A DNA stretch of 64,000 bases, from assembly GCA_944363575.1 (NCBI GenBank), contig CALVUJ010000021.1, positions 18,226 through 82,225 on the forward strand, given 5' to 3'. Numbering within the stretch: the stretch's first letter is position 1; the number at the start of each line of letters is the position of its first letter. Origin of the DNA: an uncultured Bacilli bacterium. Its GTDB lineage: Bacteria; Bacillota_I; Bacilli_A; RFN20; DUOF01. Under the pieces are notes generated by a model. The model did no database searches. It was given only the letters and a program-made list of their open reading frames with translations, and was not told the origin of the DNA. A program made the position numbers and the translations under genes. This document shows positions 20,643 to 33,245 of the stretch, one piece after another.

Positions 20643-22082
20643 ATGAATGATAAGAAAAATGAAAGTATTACATCAAGAGATGTTGATTTTGCTAAATGGT
20701 ATACTGATGTTGTAAGAGCAGCTAGATTAGCAGATTATTCTAATGTAAAAGGATGTACGGTATTTGAACCTAATGGTACTGCTTTATGGGAAAAAATACA
20801 AAAAATTTTAGATGATATGTTTAAGGAAACAGGTCATCAAAATGTAATGATGCCACTTTTAATTCCTGAAGGTTTAATGAAAAAAGAAGGCGAATTAATT
20901 GAAGGGTTTGCACCAGAAGTAGCTTGGGTTACAATGGGAGGCAGTAAGCAACTAGAAGAAAGACTTTGTATTAGACCTACTAGCGAAACTTTATTTAGTG
21001 ATTATTATAGTACTGTCGTTAATTCCTATCGTGATTTACCTTTAAAGTATAATCAATGGTGTAATGTTATGCGTTGGGAAAAGGAAACTAGACCTTTTTT
21101 AAGAACTAGAGAATTTTTTTGGCAAGAGGGGCATACTGTGCACTCTACTAGTGAAGAAGCTGAAAAAGAAACACATGATATGTTAGAAACTTATCGTACT
21201 TTTTTTGAAAAATATTTAGCAATTCCTGTTATTGCTGGAAAGAAAACTGAAAAAGAAAAATTTGCAGGTGCAGAATACACCTTAACTATTGAAGCTTTAA
21301 TGTATAATGGTATTTCTTTACAATCCGCTACTAGCCATTATTTTGGGCAAAAGTTTTCTAAAGCTTATGATATTAAGTTTTTAAATAAGGAAGGTAAATT
21401 GGAATATGCTTATCAAACTTCTTGGGGTTCTACAACAAGAATGATTGGAGCACTTATTATGGTTCATGGTGATGACAATGGTTTAATTTTACCTCCACGT
21501 ATTGCTCCTAAACAAGTTGTTATTGTTGGTATTGGTAAAAATGAAGAAATTGTAAATGAAGCAGTGGCTACTTGTTACAATAAATTAAAGGAAGCTGGTA
21601 TCTCTGTTTATATTGATTCTAGTGATAAAACTCCTGGATTTAAGTTTGCGGAAGCCGAAGTTAATGGTATACCTGTAAGACTAGAAATTGGTAAAAGAGA
21701 TTTAACTAATAATAAGATAACTGTTGCAAGAAGAGATACTCGTGAAAAAGTTTTGTTTGATTATGATGATACTCTAGTGGAAAACATTAAAAATCTTCTA
21801 GAAGATATTCAAAACAATATGTTTAATAAAGCTAAAGAAAGAATGGAATCTTTAACTTTTGAAGCTAAAACATTTAAGGATGTAGAAAAGATTATGAATG
21901 AACATCCTGGTTTTGTACATGCTTCTTGGTGTGGAGATCAAGATTGCGAATTAAAAATGAAAGAAATAAGGGGAACTAAATCTCGTTGTATTATGGAAAC
22001 TTATGAAGGAAATCACAATCACAAATGTGTGGTATGTGGTAAAAAAGCAAAACATAATGTCGTTTGGGGAATTCAATATTAA
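20643..22082 (+). CDS. proS: Proline--tRNA ligase (short, archaeal/eukaryote-like type)
   Basis: IRPTSET, WEKETRPFLRTREFFWQEGH, QTSWG, ends WGIQY. Confidence 0.97.
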   Translation: MNDKKNESITSRDVDFAKWYTDVVRAARLADYSNVKGCTVFEPNGTALWEKIQKILDDMFKETGHQNVMMPLLIPEGLMKKEGELIEGFAPEVAWVTMGGSKQLEERLCIRPTSETLFSDYYSTVVNSYRDLPLKYNQWCNVMRWEKETRPFLRTREFFWQEGHTVHSTSEEAEKETHDMLETYRTFFEKYLAIPVIAGKKTEKEKFAGAEYTLTIEALMYNGISLQSATSHYFGQKFSKAYDIKFLNKEGKLEYAYQTSWGSTTRMIGALIMVHGDDNGLILPPRIAPKQVVIVGIGKNEEIVNEAVATCYNKLKEAGISVYIDSSDKTPGFKFAEAEVNGIPVRLEIGKRDLTNNKITVARRDTREKVLFDYDDTLVENIKNLLEDIQNNMFNKAKERMESLTFEAKTFKDVEKIMNEHPGFVHASWCGDQDCELKMKEIRGTKSRCIMETYEGNHNHKCVVCGKKAKHNVVWGIQY

Positions 22083-22136
22083 AATTAATTCTATTTTTTT
22101 GACTATTTAACTACAATTAAATAGGAGGAAAATTAT

Positions 22137-22754
22137 ATGAATTGGTCTATTCTTTTAGTCGTTTTTTTGTTAATGCTGGGCACCTTATGGGTATCTAACT
22201 ATTTTTTAGGAAAGAAAGGATTATGTTTATTTACTTCAGTTAGCATTGTTTTATGTAGTGTACTAGAAGTAGCTAGTGTTTTTGATTATCCTATACCTAT
22301 TGGAGCAGTCATTAATACTTTTTGTTTTTTTGTAGTAATTTACACTTGTTTTAAACATACTAGAGAAGATGCTAAAAAGATAGCAATATTTACAATTTGT
22401 GCTTGTTTATTGCACACTTTTATTAACTTGACTCAATTACTATATATAGATTCTATTACTTGGAAAGAAGCACTATATGCAATTTCTATTCCTTTCTCTC
22501 TAGCACTAGCTTTTTTACTAATCATTATCTTATCTAGCAAATTAAAAGTTAATAATTCATATTTAAAAAATGGAATTATTGGTGCATGTGCTATTTTAAT
22601 GGAATGCATAATCTTCTCTTTACTAGCTAATCTTCTGTATTTCTCTTTTAAAGATGCATTGTTTATTATGTTAATATCCTTGTTCATTAAACTATTAGCA
22701 ATAATTATACTCTGTGCTTTACAATCATTTATAAAAGAAAAAGGCTCACAATAA
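22137..22754 (+). CDS. Membrane protein, possibly VUT/queuosine-precursor transporter-like
   Basis: About 6 TM helices; N-terminal YFLGKKGL resembles the VUT family. Confidence 0.45.
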   Translation: MNWSILLVVFLLMLGTLWVSNYFLGKKGLCLFTSVSIVLCSVLEVASVFDYPIPIGAVINTFCFFVVIYTCFKHTREDAKKIAIFTICACLLHTFINLTQLLYIDSITWKEALYAISIPFSLALAFLLIIILSSKLKVNNSYLKNGIIGACAILMECIIFSLLANLLYFSFKDALFIMLISLFIKLLAIIILCALQSFIKEKGSQ

Positions 22755-22766
22755 TGTGAACTTTTT

Positions 22767-23798
22767 TTATTCATAATCAACATGGCTTCCACCATACTTA
22801 TCAAAAGATATTTTTTTAATTTTTCTAGCACTATAACCAATATTAGAAGTAATCGAACTAACAAAAGTAAATATCTCACTATCCTCTATTCCCATTTTTC
22901 TCATCTGCCTTAAAAATCTTTTATTAACTTTTAAAGCAATAGAGTACGCATAATATCTTTGCCAAATAGTTACTCCCATTAAAGGAGAATCTTTTAAACT
23001 ACTCCATTTCTTAAGATGCTTTTTAAAGCCTTTCCATCTTTTATAATCTTCTTTACCCTTCTCACTAAAATCATTGTAGTAACAAGTAATATTAAATAAA
23101 TAAGAAATAATAAACTTAAAACTCCAAAAAAGAAGCGCTACCACAAGTAAAAAGACTATTACAAAAATAATATCTTCATTAATAACATCTAGCCCCTCTA
23201 GACTTATGGCAAAAAGAAAACTAGAAATACTTGCTAATATCGTAGTTACCTTATTAACAACTTTATATACTCTTTCTTTTCTTATTCCTTCTTTTTTACT
23301 AAAAAAATCACGTTTTTTTGCTGTTTGCTGAATTTGTCTTAAAAACTCACCCAAAAAATTTTTATCTATATTATTTTTATATAACTTAGCACTCAAATCC
23401 TCTTGATGTATTTCTTTTTTATCTTCAAAAAGATACTCGATTAACATCTTTTCATATTTTTTTAAATTTTCTTCTTTTTCAAGAGAAAGCAAATACACTC
23501 CCTTATCATCATTCAACTTACCTTTAACTAATTTTAAATTAATAACTTTTCTTCCTATCAAATCAAATAATGTTGACGATATTTCCCTTTTCCCTATTTT
23601 TTGAAAGTTTACAAGGTAACCTACAATCGCAGGTTCATAATCTTTAATAGAAATAGTTTCTACAACATCCATATTCGTTATTCCTAATTTAATATAAAAT
23701 CTTATTGTTTCTATGATTAGGTATACACTATAGAAAACACAAAATAAAACCGGTAAAATAAATATTATTGTAGACAAAATAATGACGAAAATTACCAT
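22767..23798 (-). CDS. DUF2207-like membrane protein
   Basis: EPAIVGYL...STLFDLIGRKVI...WKGFKKHL...WQRYYAYSIAL pattern. Confidence 0.7.
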   Translation of the reverse strand: MVIFVIILSTIIFILPVLFCVFYSVYLIIETIRFYIKLGITNMDVVETISIKDYEPAIVGYLVNFQKIGKREISSTLFDLIGRKVINLKLVKGKLNDDKGVYLLSLEKEENLKKYEKMLIEYLFEDKKEIHQEDLSAKLYKNNIDKNFLGEFLRQIQQTAKKRDFFSKKEGIRKERVYKVVNKVTTILASISSFLFAISLEGLDVINEDIIFVIVFLLVVALLFWSFKFIISYLFNITCYYNDFSEKGKEDYKRWKGFKKHLKKWSSLKDSPLMGVTIWQRYYAYSIALKVNKRFLRQMRKMGIEDSEIFTFVSSITSNIGYSARKIKKISFDKYGGSHVDYE

Positions 23799-23835
23799 AA
23801 TATCACCTTTGCTATTATAGCAAATCGTTTAATTA

Positions 23836-24570
23836 TTGTATATAATGTTAAAGGTGATTTTAATGAGGCTGGATAAATATTTAAGAGATTTAGGAATAGG
23901 AAGTAGAAAAGAAGTTAAAGAATATATTCGTAAAGGTCTTGTAAAAGTTAATGAATTAATTATTAAAGATGATGATTTTAAAATAAAAGAAAATGAAGAT
24001 TTGGTTTATTTTAATAATGAATTATTAAAGTATGAAAAAATGATTTATTTAATGCTAAATAAACCTGCTGGAGTTATAAGTTCTACAGAAGATTATAAAG
24101 ATAAAACTGTTCTTGATTTAATTAGTGAGTATAAACATTTGGATCTTTTCCCTTTTGGAAGATTAGATAAAGATAGTGAAGGATTATTAATTATTAGTAA
24201 TGATGGTGAATTAGGTCATAAACTTCTTTCTCCTAAATATCATGTTAAAAAGAAGTATTATGTTGAAGTAGAGGGTGAAGTTAATAGTGAGGATATAAGT
24301 GAATTTAAAGCAGGAATTTATCTTGATAATGAAAAATGCCAAAGTGCTTTGTTAGAAATTATAGAGAGTAATAATATTAGTAAATGCTATGTTACAATAT
24401 GTGAAGGTAAATATCATCAAATAAAAAGAATGTTTGAAAGTGTAAACAAAAAAGTACTCTATTTGAAGAGAATTACTTTTGGTAATATTACTTTAGACGA
24501 TAACTTAAAATTAGGAGAATATCGTAAATTAACTAAAGAAGAAATAGAATTATTAAAAGATAGTAAATAA
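23836..24570 (+). CDS. RsuA family rRNA pseudouridine synthase (likely start ATG 23863)
   Basis: S4 domain MRLDKYL, LNKPAG, GRLDKDSEG, EGKYHQIKRMF. Confidence 0.93.
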   Translation: MYIMLKVILMRLDKYLRDLGIGSRKEVKEYIRKGLVKVNELIIKDDDFKIKENEDLVYFNNELLKYEKMIYLMLNKPAGVISSTEDYKDKTVLDLISEYKHLDLFPFGRLDKDSEGLLIISNDGELGHKLLSPKYHVKKKYYVEVEGEVNSEDISEFKAGIYLDNEKCQSALLEIIESNNISKCYVTICEGKYHQIKRMFESVNKKVLYLKRITFGNITLDDNLKLGEYRKLTKEEIELLKDSK

Positions 24571-26129
<1,559 letters not shown>

Positions 26130-26245
26130 TCTTTTTACTATTTTGAAAATAACTATTAATTATCCGAACAATAATCATATATTTTTCATATTACAACTTA
26201 TTATTTAATCATTTTTATATGTATACCTGAAATCAGATAGTTAAC

Positions 26246-26854
26246 TTATATTTCTTTTGTAAAAATATAACTTACATGTGCCGTTGGAACATTACTTTCA
26301 AAATATTTTATTACTTCTTCATCTACCTTTGAAACTTTATAAAATACTGCTCCACAAACTTCATTTTGATATTCATCAACAACTTCATAATTATATTTAT
26401 TAGCCTTTTTTATAAGATCAGTCGTAGCAAAATCACTTACTTGCACTAAAAGAGTTGGAGTATACCCATTTTTTAAATAAACGTAACATGCTCTAATTCT
26501 AGCACCTAAAGATATCCTTTTTACTCCTTTACTTTTAAGTCTTTTTTCTATCTCTTTTAAAAGCATTGAAGAATAACCTTTACCTCTATATTTCTTTTCC
26601 ACTGTTAAAGCATAAATTGTAGCTTCCTCATCACTCACATCTTTAATAGCAACAGTACCTACAATTTCCCCTTCATTCTCTAAATATATTAATAAACTAT
26701 TATCTTTTTCAAACTGTTCACTAATCTTAGAATACGTGTTAAACATTGGGTAATAATGTTCATTATACTCTACAGCATCTTCATAAAATACTTTAGTAAA
26801 AAAATCATAATATTCCTTTAATTTTTCTTTTGAATCAACATTTTTTATTTCCAT
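26246..26854 (-). CDS. GNAT family N-acetyltransferase
   Basis: LTVEKKYRGKGYSSMLL acetyl-CoA binding motif. Confidence 0.85.
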   Translation of the reverse strand: MEIKNVDSKEKLKEYYDFFTKVFYEDAVEYNEHYYPMFNTYSKISEQFEKDNSLLIYLENEGEIVGTVAIKDVSDEEATIYALTVEKKYRGKGYSSMLLKEIEKRLKSKGVKRISLGARIRACYVYLKNGYTPTLLVQVSDFATTDLIKKANKYNYEVVDEYQNEVCGAVFYKVSKVDEEVIKYFESNVPTAHVSYIFTKEI

Positions 26855-26868
26855 AATTTATCTCCTTT

Positions 26869-27708
26869 TTACTTTGAATATTCTTCTATTTTATTTTTTA
26901 AAGCTATTTCTTTTAACAGGTCCTTTACAATGTTATCCATTTTAGAATTTTCACTATAACAGGCTGGAGCAATAAAGTTAACTCTCCCATCTTTAAATAA
27001 CTTTTTAGCAATTTTTTCTTTTTTCTCTGAATGAGGGTTATAAACACAAATAGAATGACCCCCATATATTTTAACAGTCTTCATACATGGTACATCTGTT
27101 TCTCCATCTCCAACATAAATCATGTTAGTATACGGTAATAAACTTGAACGATCTTCAACATATTCATTTAATTCGTATGCATCATATAATTTATCTAATT
27201 GATTTTTTCTTATACGATATATATATTGTGTTTTTGAGGTGAAATTAATTGCCTGAGAGGCCCATATTGGTTGTTTGGTTTCAGAATCATAAGCAAAATT
27301 ACAAGCAAAAATTCTTTTAAACTCTTTAGCAATTAAAGTTCCCTCTACTATTTCTTTTAACCCACAGGAAATAATATAGTGCTCTACTTCTAACCCTAAA
27401 CTATTACCAAATTCATTAATTCTTTTAAACCAACTTTCTACTCCTTCAAAAAAAGTTATCATCTTTCCTTGATTAAAGAACTCTTCTCTGCTTATTTTAA
27501 GTTTCTTTTCTTTCACTAGTTTAATAGACATATACATGTATGATAAAATACTATCCATATTATGTTCCTTAGCAAAATCACTTGCAGCTTTCCAAAATTC
27601 TTCTTTACTTATCTTAAGATTAGGAATAAAAGCATACTCTTGCATATTGCCTGGTGCTAATGTTTCATCAAAATCATACATAATGGCAACTTTCTTCTTA
27701 ACATCCAT
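26869..27708 (-). CDS. HAD superfamily hydrolase
   Basis: YDFDETL motif I, YVGDGETD motif IV. Confidence 0.88.
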   Translation of the reverse strand: MDVKKKVAIMYDFDETLAPGNMQEYAFIPNLKISKEEFWKAASDFAKEHNMDSILSYMYMSIKLVKEKKLKISREEFFNQGKMITFFEGVESWFKRINEFGNSLGLEVEHYIISCGLKEIVEGTLIAKEFKRIFACNFAYDSETKQPIWASQAINFTSKTQYIYRIRKNQLDKLYDAYELNEYVEDRSSLLPYTNMIYVGDGETDVPCMKTVKIYGGHSICVYNPHSEKKEKIAKKLFKDGRVNFIAPACYSENSKMDNIVKDLLKEIALKNKIEEYSK

Positions 27709-27733
27709 ATTAACACCTCCATCAAATAAATCT

Positions 27734-28264
27734 TTACTTTTTAAATATCTCTTTATATCTTTTTAAACTATCTTCAATTATTTTTTTACTTACTTCAATA
27801 TTTTCTACCCTTTCAATGTAAGTATCTTTTCCCTCCAGTTGCTTATATACTTTAAAGAAATGTTGCATTTCTTCAAGCATATGTTTAGGTAGATCGTTAA
27901 TATTATGATAATTACTCATAAAAGGATCATTTTCTACTACAGCAATTATCTTTTCATCTACTTCTCCTCCATCTATCATTAAAACAACACCAATCGGACG
28001 ACATTTAACTAAAGACATTGGCTCTAACACTTCTTGACAAAGCACTAATACATCTAAAGGATCATTATCTCCTGCATATGTTAAAGGGATGAACCCATAA
28101 TTTGCTGGATAATGTGTAGAAGTATATAAAATTCTATCTAAAATAATAAGTCCTGTTTCTTTATCTAATTCATACTTTTTCTTACTTCCTTTAGATATCT
28201 CAATACATACTATAAAACTATCTTTACTAACTCTATTTTCACTTAAATCATGCCAAACATTCAC
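27734..28264 (-). CDS. ppa: Family I inorganic pyrophosphatase
   Basis: KYELDK, YPANYGFIP, DNDPLDVLV, FFKVYK. Confidence 0.95.
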   Translation of the reverse strand: MNVWHDLSENRVSKDSFIVCIEISKGSKKKYELDKETGLIILDRILYTSTHYPANYGFIPLTYAGDNDPLDVLVLCQEVLEPMSLVKCRPIGVVLMIDGGEVDEKIIAVVENDPFMSNYHNINDLPKHMLEEMQHFFKVYKQLEGKDTYIERVENIEVSKKIIEDSLKRYKEIFKK

Positions 28265-28266
28265 TA

Positions 28267-31200
28267 CTACTCACCCATTTTTTTCAATCTTTCAAATCTC
28301 TTTATAGCATATTCTTTTGATAATTCTAATAGTTCATCAGCTTCTTCTGGATTAGCAAATGGTAATCTATTATACCTTGTTTCACTTAACAAGAAGTTTT
28401 TAAATCTAGAAAAATCAGGTTGTTTAAAATCTAATTGCAAAGGATTCTTTCCTTGTCTTTCAAGTCTTGGATCATATCTAAATAAGTTAAAGTATCCACA
28501 TTCAGTAGCTTCTTTTTGTGCTTCTTGATGGTTCATTAATCCTCCTTTAATTCCATGTTCAATACATGGCGAATAAGCAATAATTAATGATGGTCCATCA
28601 TAACTTTCTGCTTCTTTTAAGGCTTTAATTGCTTGCATGTTATTTGCACCCATGTTAATTTGTGCTACATAAACATGACCATAAGCCATAGCAATTGCTG
28701 CTAAATCTTTCTTAGCCGTTTTCTTACCTGAAGCGGTAAACTTTGCAATCGATCCTGTTTGACTTGATTTAGATGATTGCCCTCCTGTATTAGAATATAC
28801 CTCTGTATCTAAAACTAGGATATTAACATTTTCATTATTAGCAAGCACATGGTCTAATCCACCATATCCTATATCGTAAGCCCAACCATCTCCACCTATT
28901 ATCCATTGTGATTTACTTACTAAATCTCTTTTAAAATCTAATAGTTCTTTAACATAAGCATTAGATGATTCCTCAACCATCTTTATCATCTTTGGAGCAA
29001 GTTCTCTTTCTTTTTCACGATTACCTAAATTATTTAAATACTCATTCATAACATCTTGTAATGGTTTCTCTAAATAAGGTAAATTCTTATTAATGATGTT
29101 TACTATTTGATATTGTTTGTACGCAGAAGCTATACGCATACCAAAACCATACTCAGCATTATCTTCAAATAAAGAATTAGCCCAAGCAGGACCATGTCCA
29201 TTGCTATCTTTAACGAATGGTGTTGATGGAGTAGACCCACTGTAAATAGAAGAACATCCTGTCGCATTAGCAATAATCATATCCTCACCAAATAATTGCG
29301 ATACCAAACGATAATAAGGTGTTTCACCACATCCAGCACATGCTCCACTTACTTCAAAATAAGGTTTAAGTAACCCTGTACCTTTAACAGTAGTTTCTGG
29401 AAATAATCCCTTTTTATAGAAGTTTCCTGTATATAAATAATCAGCACCTTCTTCTTGTTTCTCTTGTTCTTTTACAGGTTCCATAGTTAAAGCTTTTTTA
29501 CCATTTAATCCTGGACATTCAACAGCACATAACCCACATCCTACACAATTAAGTGGCGATACTTGTACACGATACTTTAACCCTTTCACGTTAGGTCCTC
29601 CCATTGCATCTACCAAATCTTTTCTAACAACACTAGGAGCATTTTTAACTTCTTCATCATTTAATAAGAATGTTCTAATCGTAGCATGCGGGCACACAAA
29701 TGAACACTTATTACATTGAATACAATTTTCTTTATGCCATACTGGTACTTCTTCTGCTATATTTCTCTTTTCTTTAAAAGAAACATTATTTTGCATAGAG
29801 CCATCTAACAAATTATATTTAGTAAAAGTAGATACTGGTAAATCATAACCTTCCATGTGTGTAATAGGATAAACAAACTTATCAAAGTACTCATCACCAG
29901 TTTCTTTATGAGTATTAGCCACTCTTAGTTTACTCCATTTAGGATCAACTTCAATTTCCTCAACTTCACAACCTCGATCAATAGCTAAATAATTTGCTTT
30001 AACAACTTCTTCACCTTTTTTACTATAAGATTTTTTAGCCATTTCTTTCATTAACTTTTTAGCTTTTTCATAGTCCATTAGTTTAGGATTTAATTTAAAG
30101 AAAGCACTTTGTAAAATGGTATTAGTCCTTCTTCCCATACCAATATTCTTAGCTATATCAGTAGCATCTATAATATAAAATTTAGCATGTTTATCTGCTA
30201 GTTGCTTTTTAACTCTGTTAGGTAAATATTTCAATAGTTCTTCTTTTTTAAACTCTGTATTTAATAAGAATGTTCCCCCATCTTTAAGATTACTTAACAT
30301 ATCATACTTAATCAAATAAGAATCCATTGAACAAGAAATAAAATCCGCATTTTTAACATAATAAGTTGAACGAATTGGCGAATGACCAAATCTTAAATGT
30401 GATCTAGTAGTCCCTCCAGATTTTTTAGAATCATAGGCAAAATAAGCTTGGATATACATATCAGTGTTATCTCCAATTATTTTAATTGAGTTTTTGTTTG
30501 CACTTACAGTTCCATCGCTTCCTAGCCCATAAAATAAACAAGAAGTGTAATCCCCATCAATATGGAATGATTCATCTACTGGTAAAGATAAGTGCGTAAC
30601 ATCATCATTAATGCCTATTGTAAAACCATTTATTGGCTCTTCTTTATCTAAGTTATCATAAACGGCTTTAATTTGATTAGGTTGAGTATCCTTACTAGAT
30701 AAACCATATCTTCCCCCAACAATAACATCCATCTTAACTTTAGCTTGATTTAAAACTGCTACTACATCTAAATACAAAGGTTCCCCAGTAGCACCACTTT
30801 CTTTAGTTCTATCTAAAACAGCTATCTTCTTTACAGATTGTGGTAAAACCTTTAATAAATATTTACATGAAAAAGGTCGATATAAATGAACTTTAATTAG
30901 CCCTACCTTTTCTCCTTCTTTAGTTAATTTATCCACTACTTCTTTAATTGTTTCTGTTACAGATCCCATAGCAACAATTACTTTAGTAGCATCTTTACTA
31001 CCATAATAAGTAAATGGCGCATATTCTCTTCCTGTTATTTCTGAAATCTTTTTTAAATAATCAGCTGTCGTTTCTACAATATCATCAAAATGTTTGTTTT
31101 GAGCTTCTCTTCCTTGAAAATAAATATCATCATTTTCAGCTCCACCTCTAGTTAAAGAATTAGTATGAGGATTTAAAGCTCTTGACCTGAATTCTTCAAC

Positions 31201-31803
31201 AGCTTTACGATCAATTAATTCTCTTAAAACTTCATAATCTAATAACTCTACTTTTTGTATTTCATGACTCGTTCTAAACCCATCAAAAAAATGAATAAAA
31301 GGAGAACTAGCTTTAATGGCACTTAAATGGGCTACTGGTGCTAAATCTGCTGCTTCTTGTACTGAATGTGAACATAACATAGCAACTCCAGTTTGCCTAG
31401 TCGCATATATGTCTTGGTGATCACCAAAAATAGACAAGGCTCTCCCCGCAATAGCTCTTGCTGAAACATGTAAAACACCAGGTAACATTTCTCCTACCAT
31501 TTTGTATAAATTAGGTATCATTAAAAGTAATCCTTGTGAAGCTGTGTATGTAGATGCTAAAGTTCCTGCTTGTAATGCTCCATGTACTGCTCCACTTGCT
31601 CCTGCTTCAGATTGCATCTCTACTACCTTTACTACATTTCTAAATAAATTTTCCTTACCTTTACTTGCCCACGCATCTACATGCTCGGCCATTGTTGAAC
31701 TTGGTGTAATTGGATAAATTGCTGCTACTTCACTAAAAGCATATGAACCATATGCTGTAGCTTCGTTTCCATCTAAAGAAGTTTTAAATTTTCTTGTTTC
31801 CAT
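28267..31803 (-). CDS. nifJ: Pyruvate:ferredoxin (flavodoxin) oxidoreductase
   Basis: YPITPSS, EMQSEAGA, CIQCNKCSFVCP, CVGCGLC, ACAGCGET, GDGWAYDIG. Confidence 0.98.
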   Translation of the reverse strand: METRKFKTSLDGNEATAYGSYAFSEVAAIYPITPSSTMAEHVDAWASKGKENLFRNVVKVVEMQSEAGASGAVHGALQAGTLASTYTASQGLLLMIPNLYKMVGEMLPGVLHVSARAIAGRALSIFGDHQDIYATRQTGVAMLCSHSVQEAADLAPVAHLSAIKASSPFIHFFDGFRTSHEIQKVELLDYEVLRELIDRKAVEEFRSRALNPHTNSLTRGGAENDDIYFQGREAQNKHFDDIVETTADYLKKISEITGREYAPFTYYGSKDATKVIVAMGSVTETIKEVVDKLTKEGEKVGLIKVHLYRPFSCKYLLKVLPQSVKKIAVLDRTKESGATGEPLYLDVVAVLNQAKVKMDVIVGGRYGLSSKDTQPNQIKAVYDNLDKEEPINGFTIGINDDVTHLSLPVDESFHIDGDYTSCLFYGLGSDGTVSANKNSIKIIGDNTDMYIQAYFAYDSKKSGGTTRSHLRFGHSPIRSTYYVKNADFISCSMDSYLIKYDMLSNLKDGGTFLLNTEFKKEELLKYLPNRVKKQLADKHAKFYIIDATDIAKNIGMGRRTNTILQSAFFKLNPKLMDYEKAKKLMKEMAKKSYSKKGEEVVKANYLAIDRGCEVEEIEVDPKWSKLRVANTHKETGDEYFDKFVYPITHMEGYDLPVSTFTKYNLLDGSMQNNVSFKEKRNIAEEVPVWHKENCIQCNKCSFVCPHATIRTFLLNDEEVKNAPSVVRKDLVDAMGGPNVKGLKYRVQVSPLNCVGCGLCAVECPGLNGKKALTMEPVKEQEKQEEGADYLYTGNFYKKGLFPETTVKGTGLLKPYFEVSGACAGCGETPYYRLVSQLFGEDMIIANATGCSSIYSGSTPSTPFVKDSNGHGPAWANSLFEDNAEYGFGMRIASAYKQYQIVNIINKNLPYLEKPLQDVMNEYLNNLGNREKERELAPKMIKMVEESSNAYVKELLDFKRDLVSKSQWIIGGDGWAYDIGYGGLDHVLANNENVNILVLDTEVYSNTGGQSSKSSQTGSIAKFTASGKKTAKKDLAAIAMAYGHVYVAQINMGANNMQAIKALKEAESYDGPSLIIAYSPCIEHGIKGGLMNHQEAQKEATECGYFNLFRYDPRLERQGKNPLQLDFKQPDFSRFKNFLLSETRYNRLPFANPEEADELLELSKEYAIKRFERLKKMGE

Positions 31804-31978
31804 TTTATTTCCCCTTTTCTTGTATTTTTTATAGTAAACGTCACTTTTATAATAAAATTATACTTTTTTTGTTTTTGATTAACAATAAAAGCTGTAATTT
31901 ATCTAATTAAGTTTTTTTTGTATTTTTTACATAAAACCAAATATTTTTGTTATTATAAAAAAAAGGAGGTTTAGTTAT

Positions 31979-33214
31979 ATGCAAACTGAATCTAAATTAA
32001 ATTATAAAAGGACTTTTTTTATAGGCTGTGCTTTTTTTACAATTATGTTACTATGGCAAGTCTACAATTACATGTGTCCTTTATTTTTAGAGGAAATGGG
32101 CATTAATGATACTTATAAAGGATTAATTATGGCTGGAGATAACATTTTTGCTTTAATTATGCTACCTGTATTTGGTTCATTAAGTGATAAAACAAAAACA
32201 AAATTAGGAAAAAGAATGCCTTATATTGTAGTAGGAACGATACTAGCAGCAGTTACCTTCCCTTTTGTAGCAGCGTTTGGCATAAAGCAAAATGTAATTG
32301 GGTTACTAATTACAATGGGATTAATTTTATTTTTTATGAATATATATCGTGCTCCTGCGGTTGCTTTGATGCCTGATTTAACTCCTAAAGTTCATCGTTC
32401 TAAAGCAAATGGCATTATTAATCTTATGGGTGGAATTGGAGGTATATTTGCTTATGGTGCGGCTTTATTATTTGGTAGTAAATATCCCTTTGTCCCTTTT
32501 TTAGTAACAAGTATTTTAATGATTGTTGCCTTAATTATTTTGCTTTTAACTGTAAAAGAAGCTAAGATACTTGCAGAAGTAGAAAATGATGAAGAAGTAG
32601 TTAATTTAAAGCCTTTAGATAAACATCAAAAAATTAACTTAATATTTATATTATGTGCTGTTTTCTTTTGGTTTTTTGCTGTTAATGCAGTAGAAACTTT
32701 TTGGGGAACTTATTCGTGGGATATCTTTTTTGATAATGATCCTAGCAATAAAACAACAGGTGCCATTGCTTTATTAATATTTACAGTAGCATCTATTTTT
32801 TCTTATTTACCTGGTGGCATTATCGCTACTAAAATAGGTCGAAGAAATACTATTATTATTGGTATTGTTTGTATTTGTACAGCTTTCTTAATTGCTTCGT
32901 TTTTAACTAATTGGAATTTAGTAGGATTTATTGCTTTATTCATTTTAGCAGGTTTTGGTTGGGCTGCAATTAACGTTAATTCTTATCCAATGGTTGTAGA
33001 GTACGCAAGTGGTTATAATGGTGGTAAATTTACAGGCTTTTATTATACAGCTTCCCAAATGGCTCAAACAATTACACCATTTATAATTGGAGGAATAATG
33101 GACTTAATAGGAAGAAGATGGATGTTTCCTTATGCTACTTTATTTTTATTAGTTTCACTAGTTTTCATGCTTATTTCAAAAGATAATAGTAAAAGTAAGA
33201 AAACACTTAATTAG
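31979..33214 (+). CDS. MFS transporter (SLC45/sugar-like)
   Basis: GSLSDKTKTKLGKRMPY MFS motif A variant; about 12 TM. Confidence 0.85.
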   Translation: MQTESKLNYKRTFFIGCAFFTIMLLWQVYNYMCPLFLEEMGINDTYKGLIMAGDNIFALIMLPVFGSLSDKTKTKLGKRMPYIVVGTILAAVTFPFVAAFGIKQNVIGLLITMGLILFFMNIYRAPAVALMPDLTPKVHRSKANGIINLMGGIGGIFAYGAALLFGSKYPFVPFLVTSILMIVALIILLLTVKEAKILAEVENDEEVVNLKPLDKHQKINLIFILCAVFFWFFAVNAVETFWGTYSWDIFFDNDPSNKTTGAIALLIFTVASIFSYLPGGIIATKIGRRNTIIIGIVCICTAFLIASFLTNWNLVGFIALFILAGFGWAAINVNSYPMVVEYASGYNGGKFTGFYYTASQMAQTITPFIIGGIMDLIGRRWMFPYATLFLLVSLVFMLISKDNSKSKKTLN

Positions 33215-33245
33215 TCTTTTTTTCATTCATCATTAATATACTTTA